This document shows, one piece after another, positions 1 through 9,173 of a DNA stretch of 53,345 nucleotides. Within the stretch, counting starts at the first letter, position 1, and each line of letters opens with the position of its first letter. The translations under genes and the position numbers were made by a program. The stretch comes from Dehalococcoidales bacterium (GTDB lineage Bacteria > Chloroflexota > Dehalococcoidia > Dehalococcoidales > RBG-16-60-22), in the NCBI GenBank assembly GCA_016930185.1, contig JAFGHK010000008.1, positions 1 through 53,345 on the forward strand, given 5' to 3'. Under the pieces are notes generated by a model. The model saw only the letters and a list, made by a program, of their open reading frames with translations. It had not been told where the DNA came from and searched no databases.

Positions 1-2
1 TC

Positions 3-1145
3 CGGGCCCAGGTGGCTGCATTCTTGGAAAAAGAAGTCCCCTGGGAATACCGGGATAAACGCCTCACTTTCTTCGATATGTCCGCCCAGTCCGACTGGAT
101 TCAGGTACATCGTGCTATGGCGGAGAAGTTGGGTGAAAAGGGGTGGCTTTCCATGCACTGGCCCGAAGAATACGGCGGGCATGGAGTCTCTCCTTTCTAT
201 CGGCTTATTTTAAGAGAAGAACTTTCCAGATATCATTCGCCGGGCTACGATTCAATTGGCTGCGGCATCGTGGCGCCGGCCCTTCTGCTTAAAGGCAGTG
301 AAGAACAAAAGAAACAACACCTGCCGGGCATTGCCTCCGGCAAGACCATCTGGTGTGAGACGCTTAGCGAGCCTAACCACGGCTCCGACCTCGCGGCGAT
401 TGAGGTCTTTGCTAAAGAAGAAGCGGACTGCTTCGTCGTGAATGGACAGAAAATATGGACCACCAACGGGCACTTCGCCGACTGGAATGCCTTGATTGTA
501 CGCACCGACCGAGAGGCAAGTCCAAATTACCGCGGTCTAACCTTTTTCCTGGTGGACATGAAAACCCCCGGTATAACTGTAAATCCTGTTATAAACATGG
601 CCGGGCACCATGAGTTTAACGAAGTCTTTTTTGAAGATATTCGCATTCCCAAAGAGAACATCGTCGGTGGGTTGAATAAAGGCTTTTACGTGGTGATGTC
701 TCTCCTCGACTACGAGCGCACCACCGATACAGTCTATGCTATAGCAGCGACGTATTTAAAAGATCTGGAGGAATACGCGCGAGAAAACAACCTGCTCAAT
801 CCGTTCATGGAAAACCAGTTTGCACGGTTCAAAGCGGAATGTGAGGTAGCCCGCCTGTTGCATTACCGTTGCACCTGGATACAGAGCCAGGGCATGGTGC
901 CCAATCACGAGTCGGCCATGAGCAAGATGTTCAGCTTCGAGTTGCACCAGAGAATATCGGATTTTGGCATGGAGGTGGCGGGACCTTACAGCCAACTTAC
1001 GGAAGAATCGGCACTGGCGCCGATGTTTGGCAGAATACCCTCTTGTTACCTGCGCTCTTTTGCCTATAGCCTAGAACAGGGGACATCGGAAATCGACCGC
1101 GATGTCATCGCCCAGCGCGGACTGGGACTGCCGCGCTTACGCTAG
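3..1145 (+). CDS. Acyl-CoA dehydrogenase, FAD-binding subunit; 5' end runs off the window
   Basis: LSEPNHGSDLAA, NGQKIWTT, FNEVFF and C-terminal GTSEIxRxVIAxRxLGLP motifs. The frame is open upstream of GTG12 (RAQVAAFL), so the true start lies before position 1. Confidence 0.93.
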   Translation, partial: RAQVAAFLEKEVPWEYRDKRLTFFDMSAQSDWIQVHRAMAEKLGEKGWLSMHWPEEYGGHGVSPFYRLILREELSRYHSPGYDSIGCGIVAPALLLKGSEEQKKQHLPGIASGKTIWCETLSEPNHGSDLAAIEVFAKEEADCFVVNGQKIWTTNGHFADWNALIVRTDREASPNYRGLTFFLVDMKTPGITVNPVINMAGHHEFNEVFFEDIRIPKENIVGGLNKGFYVVMSLLDYERTTDTVYAIAATYLKDLEEYARENNLLNPFMENQFARFKAECEVARLLHYRCTWIQSQGMVPNHESAMSKMFSFELHQRISDFGMEVAGPYSQLTEESALAPMFGRIPSCYLRSFAYSLEQGTSEIDRDVIAQRGLGLPRLR

Positions 1146-1165
1146 AGATATTCTGGAGGAATAAC

Positions 1166-2287
1166 TTGGATTTCGGTCTTAATGAACAACAGGAAATGAT
1201 GCAGACGCTGGCCAGGGACTTTTTAATCGGCGAATATACTGATAAAGTCCTCAAAGCCATGGTCAAAGACGAGAAGGGCTATACTCCAGAACTCTGGAAA
1301 AAGATGGCGGAGATGAACCTGACCGGGCTCTCCATCCCTGAACAATACGGCGGTATCGGTGACTTTCTGGATTTGATTGTGGTGCTGGAGGAAATGGGGC
1401 GTGTATGTTTTCTGGGGCCCTATTTTGCGACGTTGGTTTTGGGAGCATCTATAATAGCTGGGACCGGTAACGAGGAGCAAAAAAGGAAATATCTAACTGA
1501 CATTGCCGAGGGTAAAATTAAAGCAACGCTGGCAATCGCCGAATCAAGAGTAAAATATGATATAGATGAGATAGAGTCAAACGCTGTCTCGCAGGGCGGC
1601 TTCTACGTCTTGAACGGCAGGAAGTTATTCGTACCGGATGCGCAGTCGGCGGACTATATCATTTGCGCCGCTCGGGTGAACGATGCCAAAACTAAACAGG
1701 AAGGAATCACGTTATTTATAGTTGAAGCAAATACACCGGGTATATATATAAAACCGCTGCCTACAGTCGCCGGTGACAAGCAATGTGAGGTCACTTTCGA
1801 GAATGTGAAAACATCTGCAAAAGACATCCTGGGAGAAGAAAACGGGGGCTGGCCTTATGTTGAAAGAGCCCTCCAGCGAGCCAATGTCGCCCGTTGTGCC
1901 GAGATGGTCGGCATGGCGGAACAGGCCTTGAAGCTGACGCTGGACTACGCCAAGGATAGGACGGCTTTCGGGCATCCCATCGGGGCATTCCAGAGCCTGC
2001 AGCACCGCTGCGCTGATATGCTGGTTGATATCGAGGGCTCGAAATTTGCCACCTACCAGGCGGCCTGGAAAATCAACCAGGGTCTTGATGCCGCCATGGA
2101 AGCGTCAATAGCCAAGGCTTTTGTCAGCAACGCCTGCCAACAGGTCATGGCTTCTGCTCATCAGGTACATGGTGCTATTGGTTTCACAGAAGACCACATA
2201 CTGCATTACTATACTAAGCGCACCCGCGCCTACGAGTTCAGCTTCGGCGGTGTTGATTACCAACTGGGGAGGCTGGCCTCATTCTAA
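1166..2287 (+). CDS. Acyl-CoA dehydrogenase, probable partner subunit of a heteromeric enzyme
   Basis: LNGRKLFV, RTAFGHPIGAFQSLQH, QVHGAIGFT motifs. GGAGG RBS before TTG. Lacks the SEPxxGSD and GTSEI motifs. Confidence 0.92.
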   Translation: MDFGLNEQQEMMQTLARDFLIGEYTDKVLKAMVKDEKGYTPELWKKMAEMNLTGLSIPEQYGGIGDFLDLIVVLEEMGRVCFLGPYFATLVLGASIIAGTGNEEQKRKYLTDIAEGKIKATLAIAESRVKYDIDEIESNAVSQGGFYVLNGRKLFVPDAQSADYIICAARVNDAKTKQEGITLFIVEANTPGIYIKPLPTVAGDKQCEVTFENVKTSAKDILGEENGGWPYVERALQRANVARCAEMVGMAEQALKLTLDYAKDRTAFGHPIGAFQSLQHRCADMLVDIEGSKFATYQAAWKINQGLDAAMEASIAKAFVSNACQQVMASAHQVHGAIGFTEDHILHYYTKRTRAYEFSFGGVDYQLGRLASF

Positions 2288-2386
2288 TCTAAAGCTAAAA
2301 GTACTTGTATGGACACTTGCCCCATTTTTTCGGACAAGACCATTCAGCTTTGAAATAACTAACGTATATGGTAAGATTGTGAGCAA

Positions 2387-4330
2387 ATGAAGAACCAGAA
2401 ATACACCGTAGTCTTTCAGCCTTCCGGACGACGGGGGAAAGTGGCGGACGGCACGACTATTCTCAATGCAGCGCGGCAGCTGGGGGCTGAAATTGAAAGT
2501 GTCTGTGGCGGCAAGGGAGCCTGCGGCAAGTGCAAAATCAGAATTGAAGAAGGCTATTTTGCCAAATATGGCATATCATCTTCGGTAAAATCTACCTCCA
2601 CCAGAGATGAAGTCAACGCCAAATTCCTTAATAAACAACAGCTAAAACAGAACTACCGTCTTGCATGCCAGACTCAAGTGCATGGCGATGTGGTTGCTTT
2701 TGTCCCTGAGGAAAGCCGCAAGGGGCAGCAGGTAGTGCGTAAGGAAGCCACCGCCAGGAAAATTAAACTGAATCCGGCGGTAAAGAAATACTATCTGGAA
2801 CTGAAGCCTGCCAGCCTCGATGACGGTATAGGTGATTACGAACGAATGCAGGCGGCGTTAAAGAAACAATACAAATTATCAAACCCTGCTATTGATTATC
2901 CTGTACTTCTGGAAATGCAGAAAACGGTGCGTAAAGCAAACTGGAAGGTGACCACATCGGTCTGGAAGAACAGTGAGATAATCGATATTGAAGTGGGGGA
3001 TGTTAAGAAGGGCTACGGACTGGCCGTGGATATTGGCACTACTACTGTGGCCGGATATCTCTGCGAACTGACCACTGGCAAGATACTAGCTACCGAAGCC
3101 ATGATGAACCCCCAGGTTGCCTACGGTGAGGACGTAATGTCGCGCATCGGTTATGCTGCTAAAGAAAAGGGCGGACTTAAAAAGCTGAATGACGCTATTA
3201 CTAAGGGATTGAACAAGATTATAGGTGAAATAGCTAAAAAAGCAGGTATTAAAAGCTCTGATATTATAGATATGACGGTAGTGGGCAATACCTGCATGCA
3301 TCACTTGTTCCTTAACATCAACCCCCAACATCTTGGCAAGGCGCCGTTTACCCCGGCGATACATCACTCGGTAGATGTGAAAGCGCGTGACATGGGTATT
3401 AAAATTGCGTCCGGAGCTTACGTGCATGTCTTGCCTATAGAAGCAGGATTTGTTGGGGCGGATAACGTTGGCGTACTCATCGCCGAGGAGCCTTATAACC
3501 AGGACGAAATGCTGCTGATTATAGATATTGGCACTAACGGCGAACTGATATTAGGAAATCGTAAGAAACTCATGTCTTCATCGTGCGCCACCGGGCCTGC
3601 CTTTGAGGGCGCGGAAATAAGGCACGGCATGCGGGCGGCGGCGGGCGCTATTGAGAAGCTGAAAATCGACCCCAAGACTAAAGAAGTACAGTTCAAGGTC
3701 ATCGGAAACGATAAGTGGAACACCGAGGATAAAAAGATAGGTGCTAGGGGCATCTGTGGCTCCGGCATATTCGATGTCGCCGCGCAGGTATTCTTAGCGG
3801 GGATTATCGACAAAAGCGGTCGTTTCAACATGAAAATGAAGTCGCCGCGCCTGCGACTTAATGGAGATGGGGAGGCGGAATTTGTCCTTGCCTGGGCTAA
3901 GGAGACGGCGATAAACCAGGATATCGTTGTCTGCCAGAAGGATATCCGGGCAGTTCAACTGGCCAAGAGCGCCATGTACTCCGGGGCGAAAATAATGATG
4001 AAGCGTATGGGCGTAAGTAAAATCGACCGCGTAATACTGGCGGGGGCCTTCGGGAGTTATATCGATAAGACATCGGCGGCGGTTATCGGGCTTTTCCCGG
4101 ACTGCGACCCCAAGCGTGTCTATGCGGTGGGCAATGCTGCCGGGGACGGCGCGCGCATCGCTCTGCTTAATGTGGATAAACGTGATGAAGCGGACCTTTG
4201 GGCGAGGCGCGTTGAATATATTGAATTAACGCTCGAACCGGAATTCAACAATACGTTCACCAAGGCTCTGAATTTTCCTAACGCCGAGGACAAATTCCCC
4301 AGCCTGAATCATATCCTCCCAAAACAATAA
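2387..4330 (+). CDS. ASKHA-domain ATPase with N-terminal [2Fe-2S], reductive activator of corrinoid proteins (RACo/AcsV/RamA-like, DUF4445)
   Basis: CGGKGACGKC...RLACQ ferredoxin domain, then DIGTTT, YGEDVMSR, GFVGAD, DIGTNGE, ATGPAFEG, GICGSG, LAGAFG, GNAA. Confidence 0.92.
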   Translation: MKNQKYTVVFQPSGRRGKVADGTTILNAARQLGAEIESVCGGKGACGKCKIRIEEGYFAKYGISSSVKSTSTRDEVNAKFLNKQQLKQNYRLACQTQVHGDVVAFVPEESRKGQQVVRKEATARKIKLNPAVKKYYLELKPASLDDGIGDYERMQAALKKQYKLSNPAIDYPVLLEMQKTVRKANWKVTTSVWKNSEIIDIEVGDVKKGYGLAVDIGTTTVAGYLCELTTGKILATEAMMNPQVAYGEDVMSRIGYAAKEKGGLKKLNDAITKGLNKIIGEIAKKAGIKSSDIIDMTVVGNTCMHHLFLNINPQHLGKAPFTPAIHHSVDVKARDMGIKIASGAYVHVLPIEAGFVGADNVGVLIAEEPYNQDEMLLIIDIGTNGELILGNRKKLMSSSCATGPAFEGAEIRHGMRAAAGAIEKLKIDPKTKEVQFKVIGNDKWNTEDKKIGARGICGSGIFDVAAQVFLAGIIDKSGRFNMKMKSPRLRLNGDGEAEFVLAWAKETAINQDIVVCQKDIRAVQLAKSAMYSGAKIMMKRMGVSKIDRVILAGAFGSYIDKTSAAVIGLFPDCDPKRVYAVGNAAGDGARIALLNVDKRDEADLWARRVEYIELTLEPEFNNTFTKALNFPNAEDKFPSLNHILPKQ

Positions 4331-4368
4331 ATAGCTTGACGGCTGTTTAGTCGTAAGGAGAATGTAAA

Positions 4369-5124
4369 ATGAATCCATTAAAGCAAGACCTATCCATATA
4401 CCGTAAGTTTAACTTTAAAAAGCCTCCAGTATGCGTTAAGTTCTTGTCTACCAGACCGGAAGGGATTGAACAGCTGGATAAAAGCCTGTCTTTTTGTGAA
4501 ATGCTCAAAGAGGCACAGGAAAGGGGGGCTCCGTTTTACTTTGCAAAGGAGAATGAGAATTGTTTTGGTAAAGCCCTGATGGGAATGGAGGATTTACCCG
4601 CATTCGCTGAAGCTGGAGAGGTAGGTATTAGGCTAGAGATATTCCAGGAGCCTCGGGCGAACAGTCACCTCTATCAATACCTTAATCTCCTGCCGAGGGG
4701 CATCGTTAACTATGTGGCATATTCAACACTGGACAAACTTAAATTCGAGCCGGACCTCCTGATTATTCTGGCAAGTCCCAGTCAGGCAGAAATTATTCTA
4801 AGGGCGATGTGCTATTCTACCGGTGTATTAAGAGAATCTAAAACAACCGGTGTATTGGGGTGCCACTGGATTTATAATTATCCCTATCGAAGCGGTAAGG
4901 TAAACTTCACTGTTACCGGACTGGCTTTTGGTATGAAATCAAAAGAGGTTTTTGAGGAAGGGTGGGTATTGATATCCATACCCTATAACTGGATACCGGT
5001 TATAACGAAAAATTTACATGAGATGAAATGGGTCCTTCCTTCTTACACGGAAGGCAGGGAACAATTTTTAATACGGGAAAAAACCAATATTGATGAATTA
5101 GCTCGTAAGATAGAGAATCCCTAA
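4369..5124 (+). CDS. DUF169 family protein
   Basis: PVxVKF...FCE...NC pattern, PDLLIILASPSQ and a later conserved Cys. AAGGAG RBS. Confidence 0.75.
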   Translation: MNPLKQDLSIYRKFNFKKPPVCVKFLSTRPEGIEQLDKSLSFCEMLKEAQERGAPFYFAKENENCFGKALMGMEDLPAFAEAGEVGIRLEIFQEPRANSHLYQYLNLLPRGIVNYVAYSTLDKLKFEPDLLIILASPSQAEIILRAMCYSTGVLRESKTTGVLGCHWIYNYPYRSGKVNFTVTGLAFGMKSKEVFEEGWVLISIPYNWIPVITKNLHEMKWVLPSYTEGREQFLIREKTNIDELARKIENP

Positions 5125-5143
5125 AGGAAGGAATTAATATAAA

Positions 5144-5461
5144 ATGATTGCCGTGATTGTAAAATTCCAGGTTAAGGATGAAGTCAAGAAACAATTATCC
5201 GATATTGCGGTAGCCAGAAAGCACATCTGGAAAGTAGTGGAAGGCTGCCGTAAAACCCCCGGACTAAAGGAAAAACATTTTATTATGGACCCTAAAACCG
5301 CCGCCCAGGGAGCCATGCTGGTATGGGAAAAACAGGAAGACTTTGACGCCTATCTAAAGTCGCCGGAATATAAAGCAACCGTGCTGGATATCTGTAAAGG
5401 TGAACCCAGCATTGAAATATACCAGTATACAGCTAACTTAACCGACGGCGTACTGATATAA
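5144..5461 (+). CDS. YdhR/ABM-like dimeric alpha-beta barrel protein
   Basis: 105 aa with PGLxxKxF...GAxxxW...FxAYxxS pattern. Confidence 0.65.
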   Translation: MIAVIVKFQVKDEVKKQLSDIAVARKHIWKVVEGCRKTPGLKEKHFIMDPKTAAQGAMLVWEKQEDFDAYLKSPEYKATVLDICKGEPSIEIYQYTANLTDGVLI

Positions 5462-5471
5462 TACAGCTAAA

Positions 5472-5514
5472 TGTGACAATAGTTACAGTGTACACAAATC
5501 CCCGGTGATATACT
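5472..5514 (+). promoter_or_regulatory. CRP/FNR-type box plus extended -10 promoter
   Basis: TGTGA-N6-TTACA at 5472-5487 and TG-A-TATACT with the -10 at 5509-5514. Confidence 0.5.
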
Positions 5515-5528
5515 TATATAAAGATATT

Positions 5529-6506
5529 ATGAGTCTTATTGTATCTGAAAGTAGCCTTAGCGACCTGCAAGCTTACCAGTCTGATTTCGAGCAATCGTTA
5601 AAATGGCCGTCTGTTTTTATGTTGCCGGAGTGGATGCAGACGTGGTGGCAGATTTTCGGGGAAGGGCTCAAGCCTTATATACGCATAGTCAAAGATGGTG
5701 ACAAAATAATCGGCATCGCGCCGCTGATGACTAAGGACAATACCGCTTATCTCATCGGCAGTACTGATGTCTGCGATTATGTTGATTTTATTGTCGTTCC
5801 TGGCAGTGAGCAGGAGTTCTTCAATACATTGCTCGATGATTTAAAGAAAAACGGTATTAAAACTCTGGATTTAAAACACGTGAGGCCGGACTCAACCGTG
5901 ATGAATAGCCTTATTCCCCTGGTGGAAGGCCGTAAGTGTAAAGTCACCAGCGAGCAGGAAGCGGTATCTTTTGAAATGGATTTACCCTCATCCTACGATG
6001 AGTATATTCAAGTGCTCTCCACCAAGCAGCGCCACGAGGTCAGGCGTAAATTAAGAAGGCTTAATGAAGAAGGCAAAATAGAATACCGTTTTATCGAGGA
6101 GTGTAGCGAGTTACCAGCCGCCCTTGATACCTTTTTCAGGATGTTTACGGAGAGCCGGGAGGACAAAGCCGCTTTCCTGACCGATCGAATGAAGTCATAC
6201 TTCCGCTTGCTGGCGGATAACATGAGAAAAATCGGCTTGTTGAAACTCGGTGTTCTTGAGCTTGATAGCAAACCTGTAGCTGAAATAATGTGCTTCGATT
6301 ATAACGACTGTATCTATTTGTATAACAGCGGCTACGACCCGCAGTATGTTTCCTTGAGCGTGGGGCTTTTAAGCAAGGTATTTGCCATCGAAGACAGTAT
6401 TGCCAGAGGGAAAAAGAGGTTCGACTTTCTTAAGGGTGCCGAGACTTACAAGGGACATCTTGGAGGGCAAGAGGTGCCGCTCTACCGCTGCCAGATATTC
6501 ATATAG
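5529..6506 (+). CDS. GNAT family acyltransferase (CelD/BcsL, Acetyltransf_6-like)
   Basis: IGIAPL, DYVDF, KQRHEVRRKLRRL, YNSGYD, FDFLKGAETYK. ATG5529 preferred because GTG5505 overlaps the -10 box. Confidence 0.88.
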   Translation: MSLIVSESSLSDLQAYQSDFEQSLKWPSVFMLPEWMQTWWQIFGEGLKPYIRIVKDGDKIIGIAPLMTKDNTAYLIGSTDVCDYVDFIVVPGSEQEFFNTLLDDLKKNGIKTLDLKHVRPDSTVMNSLIPLVEGRKCKVTSEQEAVSFEMDLPSSYDEYIQVLSTKQRHEVRRKLRRLNEEGKIEYRFIEECSELPAALDTFFRMFTESREDKAAFLTDRMKSYFRLLADNMRKIGLLKLGVLELDSKPVAEIMCFDYNDCIYLYNSGYDPQYVSLSVGLLSKVFAIEDSIARGKKRFDFLKGAETYKGHLGGQEVPLYRCQIFI

Positions 6507-6527
6507 TATAATTAGCTGGGAAAAGCA

Positions 6528-7760
6528 ATGATTGATAATAAACTAAAGATAGCCATAATCAGTGCGCATTCCTGCCCTGTAGGCGACCTGGGGGCTAAGG
6601 ACACGGGGGGTATGAGTGTTTATATCCGAGAGCTTGCCCGCGAGCTATGTAAAGAAGGCCATACCATCGATATTTACACGCGCGTGCATGACCCGGCTGA
6701 CCTGCGTATGGAAGACCTGTATGAAGGGGCAAGACTGATTCATCTAAATGCTGGCAAAGAAGCCACGATTCACAAAATGGACGTATATTTTTCCCTCCCG
6801 GAATTTACACTCAATCTTGAGAGTTTCTGGAAGAATAACGGCCTGGAATACGATATCGTGTTCAGTCATTACTGGATATCAGCGCTGGTGGGTAAATACC
6901 TCCAGCAGACGCGGCAAATACCGTATGTCAATATGTACCATACCCTCGGTGCGGTGAAAAATGCTATCGGTATCGGTGAGAGTGAACCAGCTCTGCGTAT
7001 CTTATCGGAAAGGGAGACGGTAAGTGAATGCCAGCGTATTATCGTAGCGACGGAGAAAGAGAAGCAGCAGCTAATAGCCTATTACGGTGCCTTGCCGGAT
7101 AAGATCGGCGTGGTGCCCTGCGGCGTCAATATGGGGCTCTTCAAGCCGGTGGATAAAATAACTGCCAGACAAAAACTGGGGTTTACGGACGAAAAAATCG
7201 TGTTATTTGTCGGCAGGATTGACCCGCTAAAAGGTATTGATAAACTGATACGTTCAATATCATTATTAAAGAATTCGGAAAAAATCAGGCTGGTGGTAGT
7301 GGGTGGAGATGAAAACAGCCAGCCGGAACTTGAAAAACTGAAAAACCTGGCCGATGAGTTGAATATCAGGGACCATGTGGATTTCAGGGGGCTGGTCAAG
7401 CAGGAGAAGCTGCCGTATTTCTACAGCGCCGCCGATATTTGTGTCGTGCCTTCTTATTATGAAAGTTTCGGGCTGGTGCCCCTGGAATCGCTTGCCTGCG
7501 GCACACCGGTAGTAGCCACAGACGTAGGCGATTTGAGAAACATCATCAAACATGGTGAAACCGGCTATATCCTAAAGGATAATTCACCCGAAGAAATCTC
7601 ACGGGCGATTACATCGCAACTCTCTTTACCGCGCAAGGATACGAAGTCTATCATGTCTATCAGAGAGTCGGTAAGTAAATGGGACTGGCCTAACATCGCA
7701 GGTAGAATCGCCGTTGAAATGCGGCTGGCGCTGGATACTCGTACCAAAGTGGCAGTCTAG
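6528..7760 (+). CDS. GT4 glycosyltransferase, MshA-like
   Basis: HSCPxGxLGxKDTGGMSVY, SHYW, HTLG, FVGRIDPLKG, PSYYESFGLVPLESLACGTPV. Confidence 0.9.
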   Translation: MIDNKLKIAIISAHSCPVGDLGAKDTGGMSVYIRELARELCKEGHTIDIYTRVHDPADLRMEDLYEGARLIHLNAGKEATIHKMDVYFSLPEFTLNLESFWKNNGLEYDIVFSHYWISALVGKYLQQTRQIPYVNMYHTLGAVKNAIGIGESEPALRILSERETVSECQRIIVATEKEKQQLIAYYGALPDKIGVVPCGVNMGLFKPVDKITARQKLGFTDEKIVLFVGRIDPLKGIDKLIRSISLLKNSEKIRLVVVGGDENSQPELEKLKNLADELNIRDHVDFRGLVKQEKLPYFYSAADICVVPSYYESFGLVPLESLACGTPVVATDVGDLRNIIKHGETGYILKDNSPEEISRAITSQLSLPRKDTKSIMSIRESVSKWDWPNIAGRIAVEMRLALDTRTKVAV

Positions 7761-7836
7761 TTTGCGGTCTAAATATTTTCGGGTCTCAAGAATAATCTTA
7801 TTGTTGAAATAAGACTCTAGGCTTAAGATCAGTCCT

Positions 7837-8472
7837 TCACATCAACCAGGTAACATCCCCGCAGATATCAGTGCAGCGGGGCCTTGAGGCAAAGGCAGCA
7901 TATTCCTCTCTGGCTCTTTTAACCGTGGTGCTGTCGCCATGGCCGGGGAAAAGAACAGTGTCATTGGGAAGACAGAATATTTTTTCAGTGATTGACTTCA
8001 ATATCCTCTGAAAATCCTCCGGTGTTTCCGTGTGTCCCGGCCCGCCCGGGAAAATGGTGTCGCCCACGAATACGTATTGCCCGATTCTAAAGCACAGGCT
8101 CCCTGGTGTATGTCCGGGCGTATGTATCACCTGGATTTCCAGATTGCCCAGTTTCAAGCTGTCGCCGTCTTTCAATAGAATTTCCGGTGGAGTCTTCAAC
8201 TGCAAGGAATCCAGTAGATGAGCAGCCAGAGGCACTTTCAAACGCGAGCGTAATGAAACAATGACGCCTGTATGGTCGAAGTGGTCGTGGGTAAGTAGTA
8301 TATACCTGGGTTTTGTCCCCTTTAAACTCGCAATAATATCGGCAGCTCTTGCCGGGGCGTCCACCACCAGGCTTTCCTTCGTTTTCAAGCATACGGCGAT
8401 ATAGGCATTGGTCTCATAATGCCCCAGCGTCAGCCTGTCGATGAATACGTCATTATTATTTATCATAGCCAT
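7837..8472 (-). CDS. MBL-fold metallo-hydrolase (glyoxalase II-like)
   Basis: THDHFDH, HTPGHTPG, GDTIF, PGHG. Confidence 0.92.
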   Translation of the reverse strand: MAMINNNDVFIDRLTLGHYETNAYIAVCLKTKESLVVDAPARAADIIASLKGTKPRYILLTHDHFDHTGVIVSLRSRLKVPLAAHLLDSLQLKTPPEILLKDGDSLKLGNLEIQVIHTPGHTPGSLCFRIGQYVFVGDTIFPGGPGHTETPEDFQRILKSITEKIFCLPNDTVLFPGHGDSTTVKRAREEYAAFASRPRCTDICGDVTWLM

Positions 8473-8535
8473 TTTTAATAACTTTTTGCGTCGGGAGAGA
8501 TATTTAGGCTACTATAAGTATATCATTAGGCTGAT

Positions 8536-9120
8536 ATGAGAAAAAGATTGGCCAGACTGATTTCCAATACGCTTAACCCTTTCGTAGTAAGCGCTGTCGT
8601 TATCATATTGCTTGCTTTCAGGGAAACTTTCGCCGCGTCGGAAGCGATAAAATGGGCTGCCATATCCCTGGCGCTTAGCGTCCTGCCGACTTTCATAGTA
8701 GTGATTTTTCTTGTGTATAGTAAAAGGATGGACGGTTTTTTCAGCACTACGCGCGAGGAGCGTAATATTGCCTATCTCTTTGCCAGCGGCCTGGGTGCTA
8801 TCGGATGCGGGCTATTGTGGCATTTAAGTGCCCCGGAAATACTGGCTATTACCTTCACAGCAGGCCTTATATCGATGGTACTATTTACAGCGATCAACTA
8901 TTACTGGAAGGTAAGCCTGCATACGGCTTTCGTTTCGGCTTCTTTAACTATAATGATTATAGTATATGGAACGGAGGCGGTGTGGGCTGTAATTTTTCTG
9001 CCGCTGGTTGCATGGGCGAGAATAGAGTTGAAACAGCACTCAATAACACAGGTAATTGTTGGTAGTCTGCTGGCGGCTTTGATTACGGCAGGAATATTCT
9101 GGGGATTCGGGGCAATATAA
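8536..9120 (+). CDS. PAP2-like integral membrane protein
   Basis: About six TM segments, WKVSLH and ARIELKQHSxxQVxxG motifs. Confidence 0.7.
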   Translation: MRKRLARLISNTLNPFVVSAVVIILLAFRETFAASEAIKWAAISLALSVLPTFIVVIFLVYSKRMDGFFSTTREERNIAYLFASGLGAIGCGLLWHLSAPEILAITFTAGLISMVLFTAINYYWKVSLHTAFVSASLTIMIIVYGTEAVWAVIFLPLVAWARIELKQHSITQVIVGSLLAALITAGIFWGFGAI

Positions 9121-9173
9121 AAAGAGTGTATAATAGATTGATATAGACGGACCTTGATTAAGGAGGAAAAGGA

